Of a DNA stretch of 64,000 bases, positions 45,903-54,784 are shown one piece after another. The notes beneath the pieces were generated by a model. That model saw nothing but the letters and a program-made list of their open reading frames with translations, did no database searches and was not told the origin of the DNA. This DNA is from Chloroflexota bacterium (GTDB lineage: Bacteria > Chloroflexota > Limnocylindria > Limnocylindrales > CSP1-4). A program made the position numbers and the translations under genes. The stretch is taken from the NCBI GenBank assembly GCA_040755495.1, contig JBFMAT010000003.1:59492-123491 (forward strand), read 5' to 3'. How positions within the stretch are numbered: the stretch's first letter is position 1; the number at the start of each line of letters is the position of its first letter.

Positions 45903-46423
45903 GTCCCGCCACGTTCCAGCAAGTCCGGCTCCCGCTTCGCCTCGCCACGCTCGCGACCGTCCTCGTGCTCGTCGCCGGGTGCGGTGGGGGCTCGGGCCAG
46001 GCACGGACCGGGGAGGCCGCGCCGGCCCTGGCGGGCACGGCGCTCGACGGCACGTCGATCGACCTCGCCGCCTATCGCGGGCGACCCGTCGTCGTGAACT
46101 TCTGGGCCTCGTGGTGCACGCCCTGCCGCACCGAGTTCCCGCTGTTCGCCGACCGCCTCGCGACGCTGGGCCCGAGCGACGGCCTGGTGATGCTCGGCGT
46201 CCTGTACAAGGACGACGCGGCGCTGGCGCAGCGCTTCCTCGATGAGCTCGGCGCCACGTGGCCAACCGTGACCGACCCGGACGGGGCGCTGGCCGCCGCC
46301 TACCGGGTGGTCGCGCCGCCCCAGACCTACTTCATCGACGCCGAGGGCGTGCTCCGGGGCATCCAGATCGGCGAGGTCCGAGCCGAGGACTTCGACACGC
46401 AGTACGCGAAGATCCGCCCGTGA
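45857..46423 (+). CDS. TlpA/ResA-like thiol:disulfide oxidoreductase lipoprotein
   Basis: ORF 45857..46423. Lipobox LVAGC and the thioredoxin motif NFWASWCTPCRTEFP. The only in-frame canonical start is GTG 45857, which gives a 46-nt overlap with the upstream gene, so the start is uncertain. Confidence 0.75.
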   Translation: MLDPPEHDGDRHGSVGPATFQQVRLPLRLATLATVLVLVAGCGGGSGQARTGEAAPALAGTALDGTSIDLAAYRGRPVVVNFWASWCTPCRTEFPLFADRLATLGPSDGLVMLGVLYKDDAALAQRFLDELGATWPTVTDPDGALAAAYRVVAPPQTYFIDAEGVLRGIQIGEVRAEDFDTQYAKIRP

Positions 46424-47490
46424 CGGCCGCGGCCACGCACGCCGGCGACGGCGAGACGCACGTCGGCGGGGACTCGCACGCCGGCGGGGACTCGCACGCC
46501 GGCGCGGACCCGCACGCGGGAGGCCCCGGTGGTCCCGCCGTCCTCGCGTCCGACCTGCGCAAGGCGTACGGGGGCCGCGAGGTGCTGGCGGGCGTCTCGT
46601 TCGAGGTCCGCCGCGGCGAGCTGCTCGCGCTCCTCGGGCCCAACGGCGCGGGCAAGACGACGACGGTGGAGATCCTCGAGGGCTACCGGCACGCCGACGC
46701 CGGCACGGTCCGGGTGCTCGGCCTGGACCCCGCGCGCGACGGCGCGCGGTTGCGGCCCCGGATCGGGCTGATGCTCCAGGAGGGCGGCATCGATCCCCGC
46801 ACGACGCCCCGGGAGGCGCTCCGCCTGTACGCCCGGTTCTACGAGAACCCCGAGGACCCGGACCGCCTGCTGGAGCTGGTCGACCTCGGTGCGGCGGCCA
46901 CGACCCGCTACCGCCGGCTGTCGGGTGGCGAGCGGCAGCGCCTGGGGCTCGCGCTCGCGCTGCTCGGCCGGCCGGAGCTGCTGGTGCTGGACGAGCCGAC
47001 GGCGGGCATGGACCCGGCCGCCAAGCAGGCCACGCGCGAGCGCATCGCCGCCCTCCGCGACGCCGGCACGACGATCCTGCTCACGACCCACGAGCTGGGC
47101 GACGTCGAGCGCCTGGCCGACCACGTGGCGGTGCTCGACCGCGGGCGGCTGGTCGCCTACGGCACGCCGGCGGAGCTGACGGGGGCCGGCGCCCCGCGCG
47201 TCAGGTTCCGGCTGTCGGCGCCACTGCCCGCCCCGGATCTCGAGGCGCTCTCGTCCTGGGCCGCCGCCCACGACGGTGGTGTAGCGCGGGTCGTGGCCGC
47301 TGGCCAGGGCGCCGCGTACGAGCTCGAGGGACTCGCCCGGCCGCCCGACCCGGCGCTGGTCGCGGGCCTCGCGGCCTGGTTCGCGGCCCACGGCGCCCTG
47401 GTCACCGAGCTGCGCCTGGGTGCCGCGAGCCTGGAGGAGCGATACCTCGAGCTGGTCGGGACCGACGTCGCGGCGGAGGCCGAGGGGTGA
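46420..47490 (+). CDS. ABC transporter ATP-binding protein (ABC-2/DrrA-like) with a His/Gly/Asp-rich repeat N-terminus
   Basis: 3' part of ORF 46258..47490, from GTG 46420 (GTGA overlap). N-terminus THAGDGETHVGGDSHAGGDSHAGADPHAGG, then GPNGAGKTT, LSGGERQRLGLA, LVLDEPTAGMD. Confidence 0.85.
   Translation: MTAAATHAGDGETHVGGDSHAGGDSHAGADPHAGGPGGPAVLASDLRKAYGGREVLAGVSFEVRRGELLALLGPNGAGKTTTVEILEGYRHADAGTVRVLGLDPARDGARLRPRIGLMLQEGGIDPRTTPREALRLYARFYENPEDPDRLLELVDLGAAATTRYRRLSGGERQRLGLALALLGRPELLVLDEPTAGMDPAAKQATRERIAALRDAGTTILLTTHELGDVERLADHVAVLDRGRLVAYGTPAELTGAGAPRVRFRLSAPLPAPDLEALSSWAAAHDGGVARVVAAGQGAAYELEGLARPPDPALVAGLAAWFAAHGALVTELRLGAASLEERYLELVGTDVAAEAEG
46438..46520. repeat. 18-bp coding tandem repeat (GGGGACTCGCACGCCGGC x2 plus degenerate copies)
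   Basis: Seen directly. It encodes the GDSHAG repeats. Confidence 0.8.
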
Positions 47491-48332
47491 GCACCGGGCG
47501 AGCGGGAGCGGGGGCGGCGGTGCCCGCGGTGGCGGCGGCACCCGCGGTGGCGGCCGTGCCAGCGGGAGCGGGGGTGCCCGCCCGACCGGCATCGTGGCCG
47601 CGGATGGCGCTGGCGCTGGCCGGCTACGAGCTCCGGCTGGTCCTGCGCCGGGGCGAGGGCCTGCTGATCACGTTCGTCATCCCGGCCGGGGTCCTGCTCG
47701 TGTTCAGCGCGTTCGACACCGGCGGCGGCACCTCGACGGGGCGGCCGGTGGACCGGCTGCTGCCGGGCTCGATCGGGCTGGCCGTCATCGCGGCCGCGCT
47801 GGTGTCGCTCGCGATCTCGACCGGGTTCGAGCGCCAGTACGGCGTGATCAAGCGCCTCGGCGGCAGCCCGGCGGGCGCCGGGGTCGTGGTGGCGGCCAAG
47901 ACGGCGGCCGTCGTGGTCGTCGAGCTGGTCCAGCTCGCGCTGCTGGTGGGCATCGCCGCGCTCGCCCTGGACTGGGCCGCGGGGCCGGGAGCGTCGGTGG
48001 TGCTGGTCATGGCATCGCTCGTCCTCGGCACGGTCGCCTTCGCCGGCCTTGGGCTGCTGATGGCCGGCAGCCTCCGCGCGGAGGTCACGCTCGCCCTCGC
48101 CAACCTGCTGTTCCTCGTGTTCCTCGTGCTGGGCGGGATCGTGCTGCCGGTGGAGCGGCTGCCGGGCGTCGTGGCCTCGGTGGCCGAGGTGCTGCCGGCC
48201 GCGGCTCTCACCCGCGCCCTGGGGATCGGCCTGGGCACCGTGCCCGGCGACGCCACCGAGCCCGTGGTCCTGCTCGCCGCCTGGGCGATCGTGCTCGCCA
48301 CCCTCGCGGCGCGCCGGTTCCGCTGGGACTGA
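47487..48332 (+). CDS. ABC-2-type transporter permease
   Basis: ORF 47487..48332 (GTGA overlap). Six TM-like segments. The Ala/Val/Pro-rich N-terminal 39 aa may be non-native; an alternative start is ATG 47604. Confidence 0.7.
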   Translation: MSTGRAGAGAAVPAVAAAPAVAAVPAGAGVPARPASWPRMALALAGYELRLVLRRGEGLLITFVIPAGVLLVFSAFDTGGGTSTGRPVDRLLPGSIGLAVIAAALVSLAISTGFERQYGVIKRLGGSPAGAGVVVAAKTAAVVVVELVQLALLVGIAALALDWAAGPGASVVLVMASLVLGTVAFAGLGLLMAGSLRAEVTLALANLLFLVFLVLGGIVLPVERLPGVVASVAEVLPAAALTRALGIGLGTVPGDATEPVVLLAAWAIVLATLAARRFRWD

Positions 48333-48392
48333 TCCCGGCCGGCAGCGCGCCTCGGCGACCCCGCGCCGTCGCGCCGGCGACCGCCGGCGAGC

Positions 48393-49169
48393 TCAGCGGA
48401 CGACGACCTCCGGCGGCGCGACCGCGTGCGGCTCGGTCCCACCCGACACCGAATCGATGCGGAACGCGAGCGACGGCGCCACGTCGGTCCAGCGGTGGCG
48501 CAGGTGGATCTCCGTCCAGTCGTGGGGGGCGATCATGTTGTGCCACGCCACCGTGACCTCCCACTCGTCCGACCACCACGCGTAGTGCGACACGACGAGC
48601 AGCGTGGACACGAACTCGGGAGTCCACTCCGTCGACGCGGTGATGCCCAGCTCCGGGTGCACGGCGATGAGCCAGGCGGCCCAGCGGTCGAAGTAGGGCC
48701 GGGCGTCGGCGAGCCGCTCGTCGGCCATCGGGAACACGGGCAGGGTCCGCTCGACGGTCAGGGTCTCGCCGTCGCGGGTGGCGGTGATCGTCACCTGCGC
48801 CGTGGCCTCCACCGACGTCGCGTCCGGCATGACGCACACCTCGCCCACCGTGCCCGGGACGAGCTCGACGGGCTCGATGCCCTGGATCGTGGCGCCGCTC
48901 CCCGAGGCCGCGATCGTGACCGGCGAGGCGGGCGATGCCGGATCGGTGACCGTGACCAGGAAGCAGACACGCTGGCCCGGGATGGCCATGCGCACCGCCG
49001 CGGGCTCCTCGGGCGGCGAGACGTCGATCGTGAACGGGAGGACGGTCGGCGACGGGGCAGGGGTCGGCGCCGGGGTGGGTGAGGACGACGGGGAGGGGGT
49101 GGGCTGGGCCCCGGAGCTGCATCCCGCCAGCAGCAGGACGGCCCCCAGGGTCAGCGGCAGTGCGCGCAT
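48393..49169 (-). CDS. Lipoprotein of unknown function
   Basis: ORF 48393..49169. Signal peptide and lipobox MRALPLTLGAVLLLAGC, then a Pro/Ser/Thr linker and a globular C-terminal region rich in Trp/His (HYAWWSDEWEVTVAWHNMIAPHDW). Confidence 0.6.
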   Translation of the reverse strand: MRALPLTLGAVLLLAGCSSGAQPTPSPSSSPTPAPTPAPSPTVLPFTIDVSPPEEPAAVRMAIPGQRVCFLVTVTDPASPASPVTIAASGSGATIQGIEPVELVPGTVGEVCVMPDATSVEATAQVTITATRDGETLTVERTLPVFPMADERLADARPYFDRWAAWLIAVHPELGITASTEWTPEFVSTLLVVSHYAWWSDEWEVTVAWHNMIAPHDWTEIHLRHRWTDVAPSLAFRIDSVSGGTEPHAVAPPEVVVR

Positions 49170-49268
49170 CGGAGCGTTCCTCGACGATCACGGGACGCCG
49201 AGTAGGTGACGCGCCCCCGCCGGTGCGGTTCCACGGCCGGTCGAGGCGCCAGGTCCGGGCCGGCGCGT

Positions 49269-50261
49269 TCAGGCCCGGGGCATGGCGGAGCCCATGGCGG
49301 GAAGGCCCATGGCTCCCCTCGACCGTCCGGCCTTGAGGAACCCGTCGATCGCGTCCCACGCGCTGATCACGGCCACGACGACGGCGATCACGGCGGCCGT
49401 CGGCCCAAACCACGCACCCCCGGCGATGGCCTCGAGCGCGGCAACGAGGTCCGGGTTGATCAGGCGACCCTGCTGGAGCAGCCAGATCGCGGGCAGGGCG
49501 AATGCGGCGTTGAGCACCGCGTTCACCGTGGCGAGCAGCAGCGTCCAGCGGCCGTTGAGGTACAGGACGATCGTGAACCCGACCTCCAGCGCGGCGACCG
49601 CGATGAACCACGGCATCCAGAACGACCACAGCACGGGGTCGAACAGGGTGAAGCCCTGGCCGTCCACGGTCACCGGCGCTGCGGCCTGCTGCCACACCAG
49701 CGCCGCGATCACGAGCACGTTGGCCGTGACCCCGAGCACGAGCTCGACGGGCGACAGGCGGCCCGGCGACGGCAGCTGGGGCAGCTGGTCCGGCGTCCAC
49801 GCCGTCGACTCGGTCCGCCGTGCATCGCCGCGCTCCACGAGCGCGAACCCGACCGTGACCCAGAACGCGACCTGGATGGCGGCGCCCACGGCGGCGGCGA
49901 CCGCGTGGACGACCGTCTCGAAGATCGCGGTGCCGGCCACCGTGTCGCCCAGGACCACGGCGAACGCGACCGCCGCCGCGACGATCGGCACGAGGATGGC
50001 CAGCAGCCGCCGGTAGTCGAGGAAGTACCGCGGGCCGATCAGGTGCAGGGGGCGGTCCGTGTAGCGCGCGGCGAGGCGCTCCGGGTCACCCAGCTCGATG
50101 AGCGCGTCGCGCTCGGCCGTGGGCGGGGCGGCACCCGCGGCGGTCCGAGCCTCCACGGCGTCGGCGATCATCGCCCGGATCTCGGGCTCGAGGTCGGCGC
50201 GCTGGCGCTCGGGGACGGAGCGCAGGACGCCCCACACGTAGCGGTCGGTGAGCGAGCTCAT
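49269..50261 (-). CDS. Membrane protein coupled to PadR (DUF1700/HAAS-like N-terminal helix followed by 6 TM segments)
   Basis: ORF 49269..50261, with an ATGA overlap with padR. The N-terminus MSSLTDRYVWGVLRSVPERQRADLEPEIRAMIADAVE is typical of PadR-associated membrane partners. Confidence 0.6.
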   Translation of the reverse strand: MSSLTDRYVWGVLRSVPERQRADLEPEIRAMIADAVEARTAAGAAPPTAERDALIELGDPERLAARYTDRPLHLIGPRYFLDYRRLLAILVPIVAAAVAFAVVLGDTVAGTAIFETVVHAVAAAVGAAIQVAFWVTVGFALVERGDARRTESTAWTPDQLPQLPSPGRLSPVELVLGVTANVLVIAALVWQQAAAPVTVDGQGFTLFDPVLWSFWMPWFIAVAALEVGFTIVLYLNGRWTLLLATVNAVLNAAFALPAIWLLQQGRLINPDLVAALEAIAGGAWFGPTAAVIAVVVAVISAWDAIDGFLKAGRSRGAMGLPAMGSAMPRA

Positions 50262-50599
50262 CGGGGGTCTCCCTGGTCGAGTCGGCGGACGGATCCATCG
50301 ATCCGCCGCCAGTCATCGAGCAGGGCGGCGGCGAGGCGCTCGCCGTCCTGGCTCGTGCGGTAGAACTTGCGGGGGCGGGCCTCGTCGGTGTTCCACTCGC
50401 TGGCGAGCATGCCCTGGCCCTCCAGCCGGCGGAGCAGCGGGTAGAGCGTGTTCGCGTCCACGCTGAACCCGAGCTCCCGGAGCTGGTCGAGCAGGCCGTA
50501 GCCGTAGCCGGGCCGCCGCAGCACGAGGAGGCAGGCAAGCACGACCGTGCCGCGCCGGAGCTCCTGTTGCGCGCCGCCGAGGATCTCGTCGAAGTCCAT
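50258..50599 (-). CDS. padR: PadR-family transcriptional regulator
   Basis: 3' part of ORF 50258..50683, from MDFDEILGG. The winged-helix pattern is LACLLVLRRPGYGYGLLDQLRELGF...NTLYPLLRRLEGQGMLASEW...RKFYRTS. Confidence 0.85.
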   Translation of the reverse strand: MDFDEILGGAQQELRRGTVVLACLLVLRRPGYGYGLLDQLRELGFSVDANTLYPLLRRLEGQGMLASEWNTDEARPRKFYRTSQDGERLAAALLDDWRRIDGSVRRLDQGDPR

Positions 50600-50640
50600 G
50601 TCGTGCACAATAGTGTGTAGCACACAATAATGCAACAGGC
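50600..50640 (-). promoter_or_regulatory. AT-rich padR promoter: TTGCAT-17nt-TATTGT, 7 nt from the ATG, with inverted repeat GTGTG-CTA-CACAC in the spacer (candidate PadR operator)
   Basis: Seen directly on the minus strand: -35 at 50635-50630, -10 at 50612-50607, inverted repeat at 50613-50625. This is the most AT-rich stretch I noticed in the window. Confidence 0.55.
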
Positions 50641-50707
50641 AATTGACGTATCCGCGCGCCGGACATGACGAGACCCCGGACACGGGGCCCGGGGCCTGAG
50701 AAAGGAA

Positions 50708-50737
50708 GAACCCCGGGGTGGTCGAGTCCCGGGGTTC
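50708..50737 (-). terminator. Terminator hairpin GAACCCCGGG-N10-CCCGGGGTTC followed on the minus strand by TTCTTCCTTTCTC
   Basis: Perfect 10-bp stem, 13 nt downstream of the tRNA 3' end. Confidence 0.6.
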
Positions 50738-50750
50738 AGGGGAAGCGAGT

Positions 50751-50825
50751 TGGTTGCGGGGGAAGGATTCGAACCTCCGACCTTCGGGTTATGAGCCCGA
50801 CGAGCTGCCGCTGCTCCACCCCGCG
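50751..50825 (-). tRNA. Initiator tRNA-Met (anticodon CAT)
   Basis: Minus-strand read: CGCGGGGTGGAGCAGCGGCAGCTCGTCGGGCTCATAACCCGAAGGTCGGAGGTTCGAATCCTTCCCCCGCAACCA. It has a C1:A72 mismatch, three G:C pairs closing the anticodon stem, a TTCGAAT T-loop and an encoded CCA. Confidence 0.9.
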
Positions 50826-50934
50826 AAGGCTTACTACTCTACCGGCGATGGCCGATCCCGTCAAAGATCGCCTTGGCTCCTGTGCGAGCGCGCCGGCCGC
50901 CGGACGCCGGCGCGAGGGGCGATCCGCCGTCGAA

Positions 50935-52203
50935 TCATCCGCCGGCCGGTCCCGCCGCCGGGCCGGGTGCCGGAGCCTGGCCGGGCGCCCGGTGGCGCGG
51001 CTGCATCGCGTCCCACAGCCTGCGGCGCCCGATCGCGAGGCCCAGCAGCAGGGTCGCCATCGCGCCGATGCCGGTCGCCCAGAACGGGTAGCGCAGGTCG
51101 ACGGAGGCCAGCACGCCGGCCGCCAGCGACGCGACGATCGTGCCCATCGTGCCGGCGGCGCCGAAGATGCCCTGCGCCGTGGAGCTGCGGCCCGGCGGCG
51201 AGGCGCGCGACACGAGCAGGTACAGGGCGGGCGAGGCGGCCGCGAACGCCGTGCCCTCGACCAGCCCGAGCACCACCACGAACCAGATCTCCGGCACCAG
51301 GGGGTAGGCGGCACCGCAGATCGCGACGCCGGCCATCCCGACGGTCAGGGCCAGGAACCCGCCCTCCCGGTCGATGTAGCGGCCGGCCACCGGCGACAGG
51401 ACGAGGATTGGCAGGGCGAACGTGAGGAAGGTCAGGCCGATGGCGTCGAGGCCCGCGCCGAGCGAGGTCAGGTACAGGCTCCACACCACCTCGTACGACC
51501 CGCTCGCGAAGAAGCTGCCGATGTTGAACGCGATCGCGGCGACCAGCAGCCGGTTGAGCAGGCGCGTCGGGCGGGTCGACGCCTCCTCCTCGCGGGCCGC
51601 CTCCTCCGCCGTGTGGACGCCGCGCGGCAGCTCCGGCACCCGGACGGCGACGAGCAGCGCGGACACCACGATCGCGGCCCCGGCGACCCAGAACACGACG
51701 GTCGGCTGGCCGGTCGCCGCCGCGGCGAGGCCCCCGATCGCGGGGCCGATCATCAGCCCGCCCATCTGCGCCGCGCCGTACAGCCCGAACGTCTCGCCCT
51801 GGCGCTCGGGCGGGTTCGCGTCGACGAGGTAGCCGCGGGCCGCCGGGTCATAGATCGACGCGGACAGGCCCGCCAGGAGGCGCGCGACGATGAACGCCAG
51901 CGGTCCCACGGCGAACAGCGGCGCGACCGCGAACCCGGCAGCCAGCACGAGGCCGGTGACCATCATCCACTTCCGCGGCGCGTGGTCCGCCACCCAGCCG
52001 AAGACCGGCTCGCCGACGAGGCGCGCCGCCGGCCACGCGGCGACGACCACGCCCAGCGTCGGCAGGTCCACCCCGTGCTCCACGAAGTAGATGGGCAGGA
52101 TGGGCAGCAGCGCGCCGAAGCCGACCCAGATCGTCGCCTCGGCGATGAGCAGCGGCAGGATCGGGCCCCAGGCGGCGAGCCAGCGGCGGGCGCGTTCGGT
52201 CAC
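50935..52203 (-). CDS. MFS transporter
   Basis: ORF 50935..52203. Twelve TM-like segments and MFS motif A-like GWVADHAPRKWMM. Confidence 0.85.
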   Translation of the reverse strand: MTERARRWLAAWGPILPLLIAEATIWVGFGALLPILPIYFVEHGVDLPTLGVVVAAWPAARLVGEPVFGWVADHAPRKWMMVTGLVLAAGFAVAPLFAVGPLAFIVARLLAGLSASIYDPAARGYLVDANPPERQGETFGLYGAAQMGGLMIGPAIGGLAAAATGQPTVVFWVAGAAIVVSALLVAVRVPELPRGVHTAEEAAREEEASTRPTRLLNRLLVAAIAFNIGSFFASGSYEVVWSLYLTSLGAGLDAIGLTFLTFALPILVLSPVAGRYIDREGGFLALTVGMAGVAICGAAYPLVPEIWFVVVLGLVEGTAFAAASPALYLLVSRASPPGRSSTAQGIFGAAGTMGTIVASLAAGVLASVDLRYPFWATGIGAMATLLLGLAIGRRRLWDAMQPRHRAPGQAPAPGPAAGPAGG

Positions 52204-52351
52204 GGACGTCCTGTGGTGGAGGGACGGCCATCGTAGCGGAGGCGAGGCCGCCCGCCGCCCTGCGGCTCACCGCCCGGGACCGCCGCGTGGCTGCCGGCCG
52301 GGACCGCCGCCCAGCGGCCCACCGCCCGGGACCGCCTATGATCGCGGGGCG

Positions 52352-52741
52352 ATGTCCCCCGCCCTGCTGGCCACCATTCTCGTCGCCGTGCTGCTCGCCC
52401 TGGTCCCCGTGTGGCGCCTGCGCGTGGCGGGCTGGCCCCCGCGGTCGCTGTTCACCGCCTGGATCCTGTACGCGGTGGGCATCTTCATCGCCGTCCGGTT
52501 CCCGGGGCCGGTCCGGGTCCTGGTGCCGATCCTCGTGCTCGCCTACGTCGCCCCGTTCGTCGCTGGACCGGAGCGGCTGTCGCGGGTGCTCAACGGCCGA
52601 CGTGGCGGGGGTGGCGTGATCATCGACGTGACACCCAGGCCCGCGCCGGAGCTGCCGGAGGCCCCGGGGCGGGCGGGCCGACAGGCGGGGCGGGACCACG
52701 GCTCCGGCCCCGACGACGGCGAGCCGGGGGCGGGCGCCTGA
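52352..52741 (+). CDS. Small membrane protein (3 TM segments) with a Gly/Pro-rich tail
   Basis: 3' part of ORF 52091..52741, from MSPALLATILVAVLL. Confidence 0.5.
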   Translation: MSPALLATILVAVLLALVPVWRLRVAGWPPRSLFTAWILYAVGIFIAVRFPGPVRVLVPILVLAYVAPFVAGPERLSRVLNGRRGGGGVIIDVTPRPAPELPEAPGRAGRQAGRDHGSGPDDGEPGAGA

Positions 52742-53457
52742 GCGGACAGGTCGCCCTCCACGGCGGCGGCGAGTACCTCCCCGGCGACGAGCCGGCGATG
52801 GACGCGCTGCTGGCGGCCGCGACGGAGGCGGCGGCCGGCGAGGTCCCGCGGATCGTGATCGTCCCGGTGGCCGCCGCCCGGCAGCGACCGGACCTCGCGG
52901 CCGCGCACGGCGAGCACGCGTTCGGGGCGGCCGCGCGTCGCGCCGGGGTGGTCGCCGATGTGGCGACGGCGTCGGTGGTCACGCGCGAGGCGGCCGCCGA
53001 CCCGGCCCTGTGCGCGCGGCTGGATCGCGCCCACCTCGTCCACCTGCCGGGCGGCGACCCGGACCTCGTCCCCGCGGTCCTGCGCGACACGCCGGCCTGG
53101 GCGGCGATCCTGCGCGCGTCCGCGCGCGGGGCGTGCATCGCGGGGGCGAGCGCCGGCGCGATGGCCCTCGCCGGCCGGCTGTGGACGCGCGACGGTCCCA
53201 TGGACGGCCTGGGCCTCGTGCCCGGGCTCGCGGTGCTCCCCCACTTCTCACCGGCCCGGCTCGACGCCTGGCGGACCGCCGTGGAGGCCGGCGGCGAGCC
53301 GCTGGCCTGGCTCGGCCTGGACGAGCGCACGATGGCCATCGGCCGCCCGGGCGCCCCGTGGACGGCGGTCGGGCCGGGCAGGGTCCACCCGATCCCACCG
53401 GGCGCCCTTGCGGCCATCCGCCCGGCCGGTCACGGCGAGCGGTTCGTCATCGGCTGA
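52738..53457 (+). CDS. Peptidase S51 / cyanophycinase-like (class I glutamine-amidotransferase-like) protein; proposed CTG start inside a CTGA overlap
   Basis: 3' part of ORF 52411..53457. The domain begins at LSGQVALHGGGEYL; later AGASAGAMAL (nucleophile-elbow-like). I found no ATG/GTG/TTG in frame between 52411, the ORF's first start deep inside the upstream gene, and the domain start. Confidence 0.6.
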   Translation: MSGQVALHGGGEYLPGDEPAMDALLAAATEAAAGEVPRIVIVPVAAARQRPDLAAAHGEHAFGAAARRAGVVADVATASVVTREAAADPALCARLDRAHLVHLPGGDPDLVPAVLRDTPAWAAILRASARGACIAGASAGAMALAGRLWTRDGPMDGLGLVPGLAVLPHFSPARLDAWRTAVEAGGEPLAWLGLDERTMAIGRPGAPWTAVGPGRVHPIPPGALAAIRPAGHGERFVIG

Positions 53458-53477
53458 GCCCCACCGCGCGTCCCGCG

Positions 53478-54746
53478 GTGGTCTATCGTCGCGCCGTGGC
53501 GCACCGCACCTTCGACCGCTCGCCCTGGCTCCTCGAGCCGACCATCTCGTTCCTCAACCACGGCAGCTTCGGCGCCTGCCCGGTGCCGGTCCTCGAGGCC
53601 CAGCAGGTGTGGCGCGAGCGGATGGAGGCCGAGCCGGTCCGCTTCTTCGATCGGGAGCTCGAGGCGCAGCTGGACGACGTCCGGGGGCGGGTGGGGGCGT
53701 TCCTCAACGCGGATCCCGAGGGGATCGCGTTCGTTCCCAACGCGACTACGGCCGTGTCCACGGTGCTCGCGTCGCGACGCTTCCAGCCGGGCGACGAGCT
53801 GCTGGCCGGCGACCACGAGTACAACGCGACGCTCAACGCGATGCGCGCGGCGGCGGACCGTGACGGGGCCAGGCTCGTCATCGCCCGGATCCCGTTCCCG
53901 ATCCACGACCCGTCACAGGTCGTGGAGGCGTACATCGAGGCCACCACCGAGCGGACCCGGTTCGCGCTGGTCAGCCACGTGTCCTCGCCGACGGCGCTCA
54001 TCTTCCCGGTTGCGGCTGTCGTCCGCGAGCTGGACCGCCGGGGCGTGGACACGATGGTCGACGGCGCGCACGCCCCCGGCATGGTGCCCGTGGACGTGAC
54101 GGCGATCGGCGCCGCCTACTGGACGGGCAACGGGCACAAGTGGCTGTGCGCGCCGAAGGGCGCGGCGATCCTGTCCGTGCGCTCCGATCTCCGCGCGAGC
54201 ACCCGCCCGCTGGTCGTGTCCCACGGGGCGAACGACACCCGGACCGACCGGTCGCGGTTCCGGCTGGGGTTCGACTGGACGGGGACGTTCGACCCGACCG
54301 CGGTCCTCTCGCTGCCGGCCGCGATCCGCTACGTCGGCGGCCTGCACGACGAGGGCTGGTCCGGGCTGATGGCCGCCAACGCCGCCCTGGCTCGCCGCGC
54401 CCGGGACACGATCTGCGCGGCCCTGGGCGTGCCGGCACCCTCGCCCGACGCGATGCTGGGCGCGATGGCCTCGATCCCGTTGCCGGGCCTCGCGGCGACG
54501 CCGGCGGCGGCGGAGCGCCTGCAGGCTGCGCTGTACGACGAGGAGCGGATCGAGGTGCCGGTGCTCACCTGGCCGGTCGCGGCGGCAATCCCCGAGGGCG
54601 AGCGTCCGAGGGCGGTCATCGTCCGCATCTCGGCCCAGGGGTACAACACGCCGGACGAGTACTCGGCCCTGGCCGAGGCCCTCGCGCGGCGGCTGCGGGA
54701 GCACGGCTCGCCGCGGTCGCTGCTCGGGCGGCTGCGACGCGGCTGA
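53478..54746 (+). CDS. Class V aminotransferase-fold PLP enzyme (isopenicillin-N-epimerase / cysteine-desulfurase-like)
   Basis: 3' part of ORF 53010..54746. The start is GTG 53478 or GTG 53496. Motifs: FLNHGSFGACP, VDGAHAPG, TGNGHKWLCAPKG (PLP-Lys). Confidence 0.8.
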   Translation: MVYRRAVAHRTFDRSPWLLEPTISFLNHGSFGACPVPVLEAQQVWRERMEAEPVRFFDRELEAQLDDVRGRVGAFLNADPEGIAFVPNATTAVSTVLASRRFQPGDELLAGDHEYNATLNAMRAAADRDGARLVIARIPFPIHDPSQVVEAYIEATTERTRFALVSHVSSPTALIFPVAAVVRELDRRGVDTMVDGAHAPGMVPVDVTAIGAAYWTGNGHKWLCAPKGAAILSVRSDLRASTRPLVVSHGANDTRTDRSRFRLGFDWTGTFDPTAVLSLPAAIRYVGGLHDEGWSGLMAANAALARRARDTICAALGVPAPSPDAMLGAMASIPLPGLAATPAAAERLQAALYDEERIEVPVLTWPVAAAIPEGERPRAVIVRISAQGYNTPDEYSALAEALARRLREHGSPRSLLGRLRRG

Positions 54747-54784
54747 GGACGAGCCGAGGCGTCGCGTGTCGTCCGTGCCGGCGG

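Noticed and set aside
47487-47603. A non-coding tandem repeat between the ABC ATPase and permease genes (GCGGGAGCGGGGG / CCCGCGGTGGCGGC duplications)
   Set aside because: The region is in frame with the permease from a GTGA-coupled GTG and mostly keeps G/C at third codon positions. It is more simply an Ala/Val/Pro-rich N-terminal extension. The alternative start at 47604 is noted in the feature.
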